A DNA stretch of 57,216 bases from a virus (Duplodnaviria > Caudoviricetes): positions 1 through 57,216 of the IMG/VR virus record IMGVR_UViG_3300027877_000007; one strand, written 5' to 3'. Position 1 is the stretch's first letter, and every line of letters starts with the position of its first letter. The position numbers and the translations under genes were made by a program. This document shows positions 30,263-39,201 of this stretch, piece after piece. The notes under the pieces are model-generated. The model saw only the letters and a list, made by a program, of their open reading frames with translations, ran no database searches and had not been told where the DNA came from.

Positions 30263-31216
30263 ATGAAAAAAATACTGTTTCCTGTTGGATGCCGTTCTGA
30301 TGAAGGATTATCACTGCCAGTAATAAAACGGCTGAAAGAGGCGGGATATAATGTTCGCATTTGCGAACTTGATCCGAATAACTTTGTCTATTCCTACCAG
30401 CTGGTGGATTTCCTTTGCGCAGGAAACGACACGGTTGAGGTGAAAACAAGAGGCAAGCCGGACTTGGTTGTTATTGTGGGTGACAGGGTAGAGATGACTG
30501 CGGCTGCGGCAGCTGCCTTCCACAATCGTATTCCAATCTGTCACGTGTACGCAGGAGTAACAAATATTCCAATAACCACGTTCGATGATATAGACCGCCA
30601 CTGCATAACCCTATGGGCTGACATGCATCTCTGTGAGAATAAAGAAGCTTGCCAAATGGTGGAAAGTATCTGCTCTGGAATTAAAGCCTGTTACCCGGAG
30701 GTTGTGGGTATCACGCATCTGGATGATATGGAGATTGATGAATCTTTAGTGCCTTATCACACAAATCCAGAACCAATGATGTATTTTCCAAAATTTGTTT
30801 TTCCAACAGATTATGACCTAATCCTCTACAACACTCCAACTACAACCGATTACAGGCCGGAAGTCTATGCAATGGAGGAAATAATTGCACGGGAAGGAAA
30901 TTACAGGATTCTCATAGGCGGAAACCCGGACGGGGAGGCAGAAACAGAAACAAAATTAATTGAAATGATGAACCAGTTTTATCCCAGCCTCCCGCGTGCA
31001 CAGTTCTTGGGACTTCTTAAAAACTGCAAGAGGTTCATAACAAATAGCTCCAGCGCTATCTACGAAGCTCCATACTTCTTAAAACCAGAACAGATAATCA
31101 TGATTGGCCAGAGGAACAGGAACAGGCCGAAAGTAGACTGTCAGCCGGGCGGGAGTGACCGGATAGTTAAGGCAATTCAAGAGTATCTGGAGGCATTTGA
31201 TGATACGAAGATGTAA
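30263..31216 (+). CDS. UDP-GlcNAc 2-epimerase, hydrolysing type (NeuC-like)
   Basis: GCRSDEG; PDLVVIVGDRVE; D..RH.IT; NPD; ITNSSS..YEAP; IGQRN. Confidence 0.85.
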   Translation: MKKILFPVGCRSDEGLSLPVIKRLKEAGYNVRICELDPNNFVYSYQLVDFLCAGNDTVEVKTRGKPDLVVIVGDRVEMTAAAAAAFHNRIPICHVYAGVTNIPITTFDDIDRHCITLWADMHLCENKEACQMVESICSGIKACYPEVVGITHLDDMEIDESLVPYHTNPEPMMYFPKFVFPTDYDLILYNTPTTTDYRPEVYAMEEIIAREGNYRILIGGNPDGEAETETKLIEMMNQFYPSLPRAQFLGLLKNCKRFITNSSSAIYEAPYFLKPEQIIMIGQRNRNRPKVDCQPGGSDRIVKAIQEYLEAFDDTKM

Positions 31217-31764
31217 AACCTGTGGGAAGGAAGCTCCTGAAATGTTCTCTCCTGCATGGAACAAGGAAAAATGGCATGCCAATATGTCAGGGGTGAATGT
31301 TATTGCCGTCTGGTGTCCCAAGCATGAAAAAGAGTGCCATCAGTTTTGGGAAGATCATTGTGCAGGAAGAGGAATAATTGAGTACAGGTCGGGAGAATGA
31401 AACACAACTGGGTTTTTGTCAAGGCAGAGGATGACGAATTTTTTGATGTTGAAAATGAGGACGTTGTAAAAGGGATATCTCTGTTATACCTATGTGCAAA
31501 TCCGGGATGTGATAAATATTTATCATTTATAGTACGGCGCGAAGGGATACCCATGTTATTACGTTTTGTTACAGAATCACAACGGAAAGTGGATGTGGAA
31601 TGTACTATACGAGGGTGTGAATGTCATGGAGTATAAGCGTACTGACTGGATACTGGTAGATACGACAACCAGTACGAACGGGACAGACATAATCTACGTC
31701 AGAGAATGTAACGATCATGAACACAGATACGCACTGGCCAAAGTAACCGTCCGGGAGAGAAAAG

Positions 31765-32154
31765 ATGGAACAACGCGATTGGGTAAAACCAAGGGTGTAT
31801 CATGGCACGATGACACAATGGTACTGGGTAGTAAACCACCCGGAGCATTTTGTCTTGGGTGAGAGGGTGGACATAGGTATGTTCACGTTCATAAATGCCA
31901 AGCAGGGAGTGATTATCGAGGATGATGTTCAGATAGGTGCACACTGTGCTATCTATTCAGTGTCTACAATAGACGGGAAACAAGGCCCGGTCATTCTGAA
32001 GAAGAACTGTAAAATCGGGACACATTCAACTATCATGCCGAATGTGACCGTAGGTGAGAATACCATTGTAGGTGCCTATTCATTCGTGGACAGGAGTATA
32101 GGAGCAAATCAGGTGGTGAGGTGCGTGCCTAAAAACTTCAGGAGAATGTTGTGA
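31765..32154 (+). CDS. Hexapeptide-repeat acyltransferase
   Basis: LGERVDIG; IEDDVQIG; IGTHSTIMPNVTVGENTIVGAYSFV. Confidence 0.88.
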   Translation: MEQRDWVKPRVYHGTMTQWYWVVNHPEHFVLGERVDIGMFTFINAKQGVIIEDDVQIGAHCAIYSVSTIDGKQGPVILKKNCKIGTHSTIMPNVTVGENTIVGAYSFVDRSIGANQVVRCVPKNFRRML

Positions 32155-32281
32155 GATATAGAACATCTGATTTGAAATGCCCTGTGTCACTGTGTGAATT
32201 CAGGGAAAAGGGTGGAGAATGTAATGCACCGATAGAAGAAAAAGTTAAAAGATACTGTCCAATGTTTGTTAAGAGGGAAAA

Positions 32282-32527
32282 ATGAGCTGCGAATGTGATG
32301 ATTGCAAGAATTATGTCCCAAAAAGTGGGAAACGGGATTGCTATAAGAACAACTGTGATGGGTGCAGGTGTAAGGACTGCCCGGACTACCATAACTGCGA
32401 TAATCACGCCTGTTATGGAAGCTGTAAATTCCATCCGAAGTATTATTATCAGTGTCCTCAATGGACGTATACCTATCCGTATTACTATCAACCGCAATAC
32501 ACGTACTACAGTGGAACAGAGATGTGA
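32282..32527 (+). CDS. Cys-rich (metallothionein-like) protein with Tyr/Pro-rich tail
   Basis: About 12 Cys in the first 58 aa; YYYQCPQWTYTYPYYYQPQY. Confidence 0.55.
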   Translation: MSCECDDCKNYVPKSGKRDCYKNNCDGCRCKDCPDYHNCDNHACYGSCKFHPKYYYQCPQWTYTYPYYYQPQYTYYSGTEM

Positions 32528-32538
32528 GGTGAAATAAA

Positions 32539-32685
32539 ATGCCATTGAAAACGGGAAAGTCAAAAAAAGTTATCAGCCAGAACATTGCAACTGAAATGAA
32601 GGCGGGCCGTCCACAGAAACAGGCCATTGCCATTGCCATGTCAAAGGCTGGGAAGTCACGAAAGGGACGAAAGAAAAAGAAATGA
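32539..32685 (+). CDS. 48-aa basic virus protein (below the ORF-track cutoff)
   Basis: GAGGTGA RBS; [48 protein letters not shown]. Confidence 0.75.
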   Translation: MPLKTGKSKKVISQNIATEMKAGRPQKQAIAIAMSKAGKSRKGRKKKK

Positions 32686-32805
32686 GAAAATCTGACTGGA
32701 GATACCCGGCCATGATACAGATACGTAAAGTACTCTCTGATATATCCGGGTTGTCAGAGGACGAAGTGGAAAAAACCTTCGCAGAAGTGCCTATGTTGAG
32801 GAAAA

Positions 32806-33093
32806 ATGATAGAGAATAACGTATGTGCAACCTGTAGGAAGTGTTGCACTGGGGAAATATCGGGGAATGGGATGTGTACATTTTACACATCTACCGGGTG
32901 CAGTGCCCTGTGGGAGAACAGAAACGAAGGATGCAGGTTCTACCCGTTTATCGTGGTCAGGGATATGACGTTCGCAAATGCGAACCAGATTCGTGTTCTT
33001 CTGGATACCGCCTGTCCTCACTACAAAGAGTTTGAGATTCTTCTGAACATTGTTTTAGAAAAACCAGTCCCATCTATGGAGATACATAAATGA
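32806..33093 (+). CDS. CxxCxxCC (YkgJ-like) cysteine-cluster protein
   Basis: CATCRKCC...CRFYPF...LDTACP. Confidence 0.7.
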   Translation: MIENNVCATCRKCCTGEISGNGMCTFYTSTGCSALWENRNEGCRFYPFIVVRDMTFANANQIRVLLDTACPHYKEFEILLNIVLEKPVPSMEIHK

Positions 33094-33446
33094 CAGATGA
33101 AAATTTTATAATCAAAGACGATATCTGCAAAGAATGTGGCGGAATATGTTGTCAGGGAAAAGTTTCTGGATATGCACCATGCGGGTGGCTCACTCCTACC
33201 GGGTGTAATATGTGTGATGCGCATAGAAATCCTACCTGCAACATCTGGCCGTATGTCATAGTGGATGACAGGAGATTCCCGAATTCACGGAGGATATTCT
33301 TGGATACTGGGTGTCCACACTGGAGGGAGTTTGTCAAACACTACGACAAGTTACCAAAAGAGGAACGTTTACAGGACTACTCTCTGGTCATCATGAAATT
33401 ATCCGTGCATGATATAGAGGATGCAGATCCACGGAGAGAAGAATGA
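33090..33446 (+). CDS. CxxCxxCC (YkgJ-like) cysteine-cluster protein
   Basis: CKECGGICC...CNIWPY...LDTGCP. Confidence 0.7.
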   Translation: MTDENFIIKDDICKECGGICCQGKVSGYAPCGWLTPTGCNMCDAHRNPTCNIWPYVIVDDRRFPNSRRIFLDTGCPHWREFVKHYDKLPKEERLQDYSLVIMKLSVHDIEDADPRREE

Positions 33447-33739
33447 TAGTCTACTGTCTGGAAAACTGTCCTCACTGTGAGGAAATCAAGGAAAAACTGG
33501 ATGCGATTGGGTACGATTACGAAGTCCGGGACATGTCGTTAGCAGAAAATCTGACGGAACTGAAGATGTTGAACTGTTTTGCGATGGAAGCGCCTGTCCT
33601 ACAGGTGGATGATCGGTGTTTTGAGTATGCAGACTGCCAGAAAGAAGGATTTTTCACAGAGTTATTGAAAATGTGTCCTGACCAGAGGGAAATTCCCGAT
33701 ATTGCCGAAACCCACTCCAAATTAAAGTCTGATAGGTAG
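33443..33739 (+). CDS. Glutaredoxin/NrdH-like protein
   Basis: CPHC active site; EAPVLQVDD cis-Pro motif. Confidence 0.85.
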   Translation: MIVYCLENCPHCEEIKEKLDAIGYDYEVRDMSLAENLTELKMLNCFAMEAPVLQVDDRCFEYADCQKEGFFTELLKMCPDQREIPDIAETHSKLKSDR

Positions 33740-33786
33740 ATAGGTTTAATATCTTACAACGCCTACAGGTACATGGTGATAGCACC

Positions 33787-34041
33787 ATGAAAACAAAAAC
33801 CAAGACTACCAAAAAGTCCACCAGTAAAACGGACTTTATCCCAGCCGTTGCAACTGGGATATACCGGATTCCGAAAAAGAGCTGGTTCAACAAGAAACAG
33901 GTGAACGGAGATCCGAAGTGGAAGGACATCTACGGAAAGAAAAAGTGCTTCGTCTGCAAGGAACATTTCCAAGAGAACGAGGCATACCGGGTGACGAACA
34001 ACCACAAATACCATCACGTGGATTGTGTGGTGAAATCATGA
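33787..34041 (+). CDS. Basic hypothetical protein with CxxC..HxxC
   Basis: GGTGA RBS; CFVC...HVDC. Confidence 0.55.
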   Translation: MKTKTKTTKKSTSKTDFIPAVATGIYRIPKKSWFNKKQVNGDPKWKDIYGKKKCFVCKEHFQENEAYRVTNNHKYHHVDCVVKS

Positions 34042-34282
34042 GCATTGCCCGGCAACGTGCACAGATGAAACCCGATTACCCTTTTTACTGTGCTGACTGC
34101 AAGTGCAAGGTAAGGACTGATCAATCACCGTGCCGAAGGTGTGGACGGACTAACATCCAGCCACGGGTGTGCAATACCTGTCACTGGGGAAGGACAGATT
34201 CAGATAAAATATACTGCATCTACCGTCACATACGAAAAGAATTGGGTGACTGGTGCGGCAACTGGTCACATCTTACTTAACT

Positions 34283-34306
34283 TTTTCCGTTACCTTTATA
34301 TACTAT
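34283..34306 (+). promoter_or_regulatory. Putative late promoter upstream of the structural module
   Basis: TTTTCCGTTACCTTTATATACTAT, near-identical to the element before terS. Confidence 0.6.
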
Positions 34307-34394
34307 TACCAACATATACTACCTCACTGTAGTTCTGCTTTTTAAGGACTGCAAGCTTTTTTTATAAATTTTATAAAAAAGTGTGAGGATTAAC

Positions 34395-34865
34395 ATGGGA
34401 TTTGAACTTGGGGGTAAGGTGCAAGGTGTAACACCTGCCCGTAGGAATTTCTACGAAAGAAACCTTTTTTACGTGGGATTTTCCAGCACACACGCCGGAG
34501 TAGGGACTGATGCCTCAACTGGTGTAAACTCTACTACACCATGCCTTTTGTTAAGGGATGCCGCATCCTCATATAATACCATTAAAAATTATTCAACCCG
34601 TTTGGATTGGATTCACGTGTGGTATTTCGGGAGCGGAGCATCAAGTAATTTTAACATAATTTATTGTAATGTGGACACTACTACACAATCACAGACGGTG
34701 AAAGTTTCAACTGCAAATTTGAATAATAACATGGCGTATAACTGGGTAGTCCCGTTACCGCCACGTACAGAGATGCACTTTGCGATAACAACCGCATCCA
34801 GCTTAGGAACGTTTACATTACAGACTGCCGAGGCATTCGGTGATATGCCATTTGGAAATCCGTAA
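34395..34865 (+). CDS. Putative virion structural protein
   Basis: Beta-rich, Ser/Thr-rich; same GAGGATTAACATGGGA start context as the next gene. Confidence 0.6.
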   Translation: MGFELGGKVQGVTPARRNFYERNLFYVGFSSTHAGVGTDASTGVNSTTPCLLLRDAASSYNTIKNYSTRLDWIHVWYFGSGASSNFNIIYCNVDTTTQSQTVKVSTANLNNNMAYNWVVPLPPRTEMHFAITTASSLGTFTLQTAEAFGDMPFGNP

Positions 34866-34884
34866 ATAAGGAGAGAGGATTAAC

Positions 34885-35316
34885 ATGGGAACATTTGGTG
34901 AATATTTAGAAATTAAGGTCTTGGATCTCATATGGGGTTCAACAGGATTTGTGCCTTCAACCAAGATTTATTTTGGTCTAACGAGTGCAACACTCACCTC
35001 GACTGGTGAGGAATATAGTGGTGCCGAACCTTCAACTCTGACAGGGTACGCACGTGTGTACGTAGGGAATACTTCTGCGAATTTCACAGGAGCTGAAACA
35101 TCCGGCACTGTGGCCGTTAAGTACAACAGTACTTCGATTACGTTTCCCACAGTCACGGGAAGTTCATGGCCTACCGTTAATTACGCCTTCTGTACAAATG
35201 CATCCTGTTCATCAGGATATATGCTCTGTTGGGGTGCATTAACTACTCCGAAGAGCCTTGCAGTTGGTGACACAGCCAGCTTCTCCAGTGGTGCGTTCAA
35301 GATAACACTCGACTAA
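34885..35316 (+). CDS. Small tail-fibre/tail-associated protein
   Basis: YLE.KVLD..YFGL..E...GYARV..N..SITFP..W pattern seen in small phage tail proteins. Confidence 0.7.
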   Translation: MGTFGEYLEIKVLDLIWGSTGFVPSTKIYFGLTSATLTSTGEEYSGAEPSTLTGYARVYVGNTSANFTGAETSGTVAVKYNSTSITFPTVTGSSWPTVNYAFCTNASCSSGYMLCWGALTTPKSLAVGDTASFSSGAFKITLD

Positions 35317-35492
35317 ACGAGGGCAACAATGGCGATTGTTGAACTGGAGTGTACGGCATCGGCGCATGGTTCGATGCCTAACTCTAAAGAGATAGCGGAA
35401 GCTCAACTCAAAGAGAGAATTGAGCTTCTGAAAAAGAAACTGGAACAGCTAAAAGAACAGGAAAAATAAATTTTTTTGGTAGGTAGTGGAAC

Positions 35493-36674
35493 ATGGCAAC
35501 AACGTTATACTTGCGTGGTATAGATGCTACAGGCGTAGTCCCGAACGCAAAGCAATCTGCCGATACCATAACAGATGATTTGGCAAGTACGTGGGGTGAA
35601 TACGCTACTCCAGCACAGATGACCACTACTGCCGGGTCTGCGAACCAGACAAATAGCGGGACTGTAGCGGCCAGTCCTAACCCACGGTATGAACACTACG
35701 GGACGTGGGTATCTCCTGCAATGGCGGGAGGGCAACAGTTATCCGGTACTGTCACAATCGGCCTGTCAATGAACGAGGCGCGGGTAAAACAGAATGTCCT
35801 TCCACGTGTCTACATATACCTCTGGAACGCTGATGATACCATCGGCTCCGATGTACTGGCAGTGGTAGATTCAGCAACAGAGGTAGGCGTGGCGTATGCA
35901 CTTGCCACGTATTTCTCTGGAACGGCTATCAGTACGGTAGACGTTGCTGAAGGTGACAGGATTGTTATTGAAATTGAAGGAAACTGTGATCCTACGGAAT
36001 CCGTTTCGTGTGATCATGGTATCCAGTTTGACGGTGCAGCTGCCGGGACATATGGTTCATATGTTACCTTTTCTGATGACATTTTGTGGTATAGTGTTGG
36101 TGGCGTGGCCACTACTGATGTCAATGCAGTCACTACCGATACATTCAATCTGAAAAACCGTGCGGCTCTGAATACAACCATAGATGCACTTACAACCACC
36201 ACGATGTCTGCCGGTCAAAGACATGCAACCTCGTGTACTTCGGCCAATGCAGTCACTACCACAACCTTTGGTGTAGGACAAACAGCTGCTCTGGCCTTCA
36301 CGGTTGATGCCTTATCCACAGTCACAGATTTACTTGGGATACGTCATTCTGTAGCTACAGAAGTTAATTCAGTAACGACAACCTCATTCACATCTGGTAT
36401 ATCACAGGCGCTGGCATTTATTGTTAATGCACTTTCATCGATTACAGACCTTGACTTACATCAGGCTCTATTGCACGCATTAGGATGTCAGGTAGATGCA
36501 CTTTCTATCACTGATATATCGTTAAGTGTAACAGCCGGGGAAACAGAAGTTGCGTGTGAGGTAAATGCAGTATCAGCTACAGAGATTGAACTTACAAAGG
36601 TAGGTGCGGCTACACTTGTCCTGACAGCCGTCCAGCACGAAACACACATTGATTTAACGTGGGTGGCCGCATGA
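35493..36674 (+). CDS. Fibre-associated protein: N-terminal globular domain plus (V/I)(D/N)A(L/V)(T/S) repeats
   Basis: Repeats shared with the 1646-aa protein; ends LVLTAVQHETHIDLTW. Confidence 0.7.
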   Translation: MATTLYLRGIDATGVVPNAKQSADTITDDLASTWGEYATPAQMTTTAGSANQTNSGTVAASPNPRYEHYGTWVSPAMAGGQQLSGTVTIGLSMNEARVKQNVLPRVYIYLWNADDTIGSDVLAVVDSATEVGVAYALATYFSGTAISTVDVAEGDRIVIEIEGNCDPTESVSCDHGIQFDGAAAGTYGSYVTFSDDILWYSVGGVATTDVNAVTTDTFNLKNRAALNTTIDALTTTTMSAGQRHATSCTSANAVTTTTFGVGQTAALAFTVDALSTVTDLLGIRHSVATEVNSVTTTSFTSGISQALAFIVNALSSITDLDLHQALLHALGCQVDALSITDISLSVTAGETEVACEVNAVSATEIELTKVGAATLVLTAVQHETHIDLTWVAA

Positions 36675-36684
36675 GGGTGATTAC

Positions 36685-37164
36685 ATGGTCTTAACTACAG
36701 AACAGGCCACACGCCTGATAAAAAGTATCTGGAGAAGCGAGCTGGAATACAAGGAAACCGTGGATTTGGCAGAGGAATTACAGGCACTCCCTTCCCGTAC
36801 TCCAGAACAGGAAATAACGCTGACGCATTACCTCAATAAAATCCAGCACGACAGGGATGTTATACAGATATGGGTGCAGAAAATAAAGGCGGCTGGGATA
36901 TCGAACCTGAAAACACAGGCAAATCTCATCATCCGCACACAAATCATGGACGAACTTAAATCCATGATACAAGAAGAAATAGAAAGGCTTGATACCCAAT
37001 GGAACGATTTTGTAGTTGAATATGGGGCACGAAACCCTGAAGATCAGAATCAGGAAGAATACGACAACTCCTATGCAAAATATATAAAACGTAAAACACG
37101 ACTACAAAAACAGGCTACGATTCTCGATAATCTGAAACTATCGACAACGGTGTTTACAGTATGA
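36685..37164 (+). CDS. Helical/coiled-coil protein (possible assembly chaperone)
   Basis: E/K/Q/L-rich; lies between fibre genes; GGTGA RBS. Confidence 0.6.
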   Translation: MVLTTEQATRLIKSIWRSELEYKETVDLAEELQALPSRTPEQEITLTHYLNKIQHDRDVIQIWVQKIKAAGISNLKTQANLIIRTQIMDELKSMIQEEIERLDTQWNDFVVEYGARNPEDQNQEEYDNSYAKYIKRKTRLQKQATILDNLKLSTTVFTV

Positions 37165-39188
37165 CAGCTATAGTCAGTGGTGGGGATGGAAACTGGTCAT
37201 CGACTACAGAGGATGCGCCTTGGGATGGAGGTGTCGTACCCGGAGAGAACGACACAGTAATTATTCTCTCTGGACATACAGTAACAATAAACCAGAATGT
37301 AATTGTAGGTGCTGATTCGACTTCAGGACTTGTAATAAACTCTGGCGGGAAATTACAGGTTCTTCATGATGTAGCTGGTAGTTATTCTCTCACGGTAAAA
37401 GGAGATTTCACAATAAACGGTACGTTTGAAGTAGGTACTGTTGCCGAACCGTTAGCTGCTGCGACTACATTTACAGTAATGCTTAATTATTCCGCCTCCC
37501 TCGCAGAAGGGGAGTATGGAATGAAGATAGGTGTATCTTCTGCTGCTACAGTAACGTTACAGGGGGCTGTCCCGTGGGGTACGTCATATTACGCCACCAC
37601 ATTGGACGTGGATGCAGTTGCAACGGATACTCATGTTCATACAGCTGTCAATACCGGGTGGAAGGATAACAACGTGTTAGTAGTTGCAGCTACAAGACGT
37701 ACATATACAGAACACGAAGCATTAGTGATGAATGGGGATGCCGCTGATGATGTGGTCAGTTTTGATGCTCCTGCAAGTTTGGCATATCCACATTCCGGGA
37801 CATCTCCAACAGCTGCCGAAATTATAAATCTTACACGAAATATCAAAATAACGTCGTATAATGCTTCATATAACGGTTTTGTTTCAATAGCTAATGCGAG
37901 TACTGCAATAAACTGGGACTGGGTAGAATTTTCAGAATTGGGGAATAACGCAACAGGAGAGTATGGTGTTGATTTTATTACTAATGCACTATCAACAGCT
38001 GCCAATATTAAGTACTGTTCTTTTTATAATAATAATGTACATATCAGAAATAGTATTGCAAGTAATAATCTTGATATCCAAGATTGCGTTTTTTATAATT
38101 CGGCCAGTTATCCTATATATCTCCAATCCAGTTGTGCTACATTAACTCTTTCTAATATACACATTATATATGGCCTTGCATATCTGATATATGTCTATGG
38201 TGCAGTATCTTCTGGAACATTTTCGTATTGTTATTTATCAGGTGGTATTACCAATGCACTTCATTTTTACGATGGTAATTGGTCTGGATTAACGATATCA
38301 AATATTGTAGCTCATTCGTGTGGTACTTGTGGTTTTTATCTTGATGGAATGAATTTGACAGCATCAAATATTACTGCATGGAGAAATGCCAATTATGGTA
38401 TTAGTGTTTCAGGACAGAGAAATTTTGTTTTAACCGATGTTACAACATTTGGAAATACAAACGAAGGTATAATGACAAGCGGATATGGGGTTAGCGGGAG
38501 AATTACAAATTGGACTTCAAATTCAGAAGCTAGTTATGCATCTGTATACGCGCTATATGTGGGTGATGGTCACGTAGATTTTGTAATTGAAAACGCATCT
38601 CTTGGAGAAACCACAACCTATACCAATGGTTCTTGTTATCTGCAATATGCCACCGGAAAAATAACTTTTGTAAAATCGGTATTAACTGGTACTAACGAAA
38701 CGCATTTTTATTATTTAATGCAACCAAATGCAACAATTTACTCTCATGACCACGATGATAATGTAGGAACACATAAATGCTGGAAACGAGAGGGTATTAT
38801 TGAAACGGATACAACCGCTGATGAATATCATACAACCGCTCCTTCTGAAAAATTAACTCCTTATTATGCGGCATATAAATTAGAATCTCATCCGAAATAT
38901 ATTACCTGTGCATCTGCCGCTACTCCGACTGTAAAGGTATGGGTAAGAAAATCCGCATTATACGATGGTGACGAACCAAGACTGGTTCTGAAGAGGAATT
39001 ATGCGGCTGGGGTAACAACGGATACTGTTCTGGATACAATGACAGCTGCCGTGGAAACATGGGAGCAGTTATCAGGGGCAGTAACCGCGCCTTCGGAGGA
39101 CACGGTATATGAGCTGGTAGTAGATTGTGCAGATGCAACGGTATCAACACATTATATCAATGTAGATGACTGGACTGTAGAGTATTGA
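37161..39188 (+). CDS. G8-like domain plus right-handed beta-helix protein (spike/adhesin)
   Basis: W...W..G.VP...DTVII..GH.VTI N-terminus; LTRNIKI; Asn/Gly/Tyr-rich beta-helix repeats. Confidence 0.75.
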   Translation: MTAIVSGGDGNWSSTTEDAPWDGGVVPGENDTVIILSGHTVTINQNVIVGADSTSGLVINSGGKLQVLHDVAGSYSLTVKGDFTINGTFEVGTVAEPLAAATTFTVMLNYSASLAEGEYGMKIGVSSAATVTLQGAVPWGTSYYATTLDVDAVATDTHVHTAVNTGWKDNNVLVVAATRRTYTEHEALVMNGDAADDVVSFDAPASLAYPHSGTSPTAAEIINLTRNIKITSYNASYNGFVSIANASTAINWDWVEFSELGNNATGEYGVDFITNALSTAANIKYCSFYNNNVHIRNSIASNNLDIQDCVFYNSASYPIYLQSSCATLTLSNIHIIYGLAYLIYVYGAVSSGTFSYCYLSGGITNALHFYDGNWSGLTISNIVAHSCGTCGFYLDGMNLTASNITAWRNANYGISVSGQRNFVLTDVTTFGNTNEGIMTSGYGVSGRITNWTSNSEASYASVYALYVGDGHVDFVIENASLGETTTYTNGSCYLQYATGKITFVKSVLTGTNETHFYYLMQPNATIYSHDHDDNVGTHKCWKREGIIETDTTADEYHTTAPSEKLTPYYAAYKLESHPKYITCASAATPTVKVWVRKSALYDGDEPRLVLKRNYAAGVTTDTVLDTMTAAVETWEQLSGAVTAPSEDTVYELVVDCADATVSTHYINVDDWTVEY

Positions 39189-39201
39189 TTTCTAATTTAA
39201 C

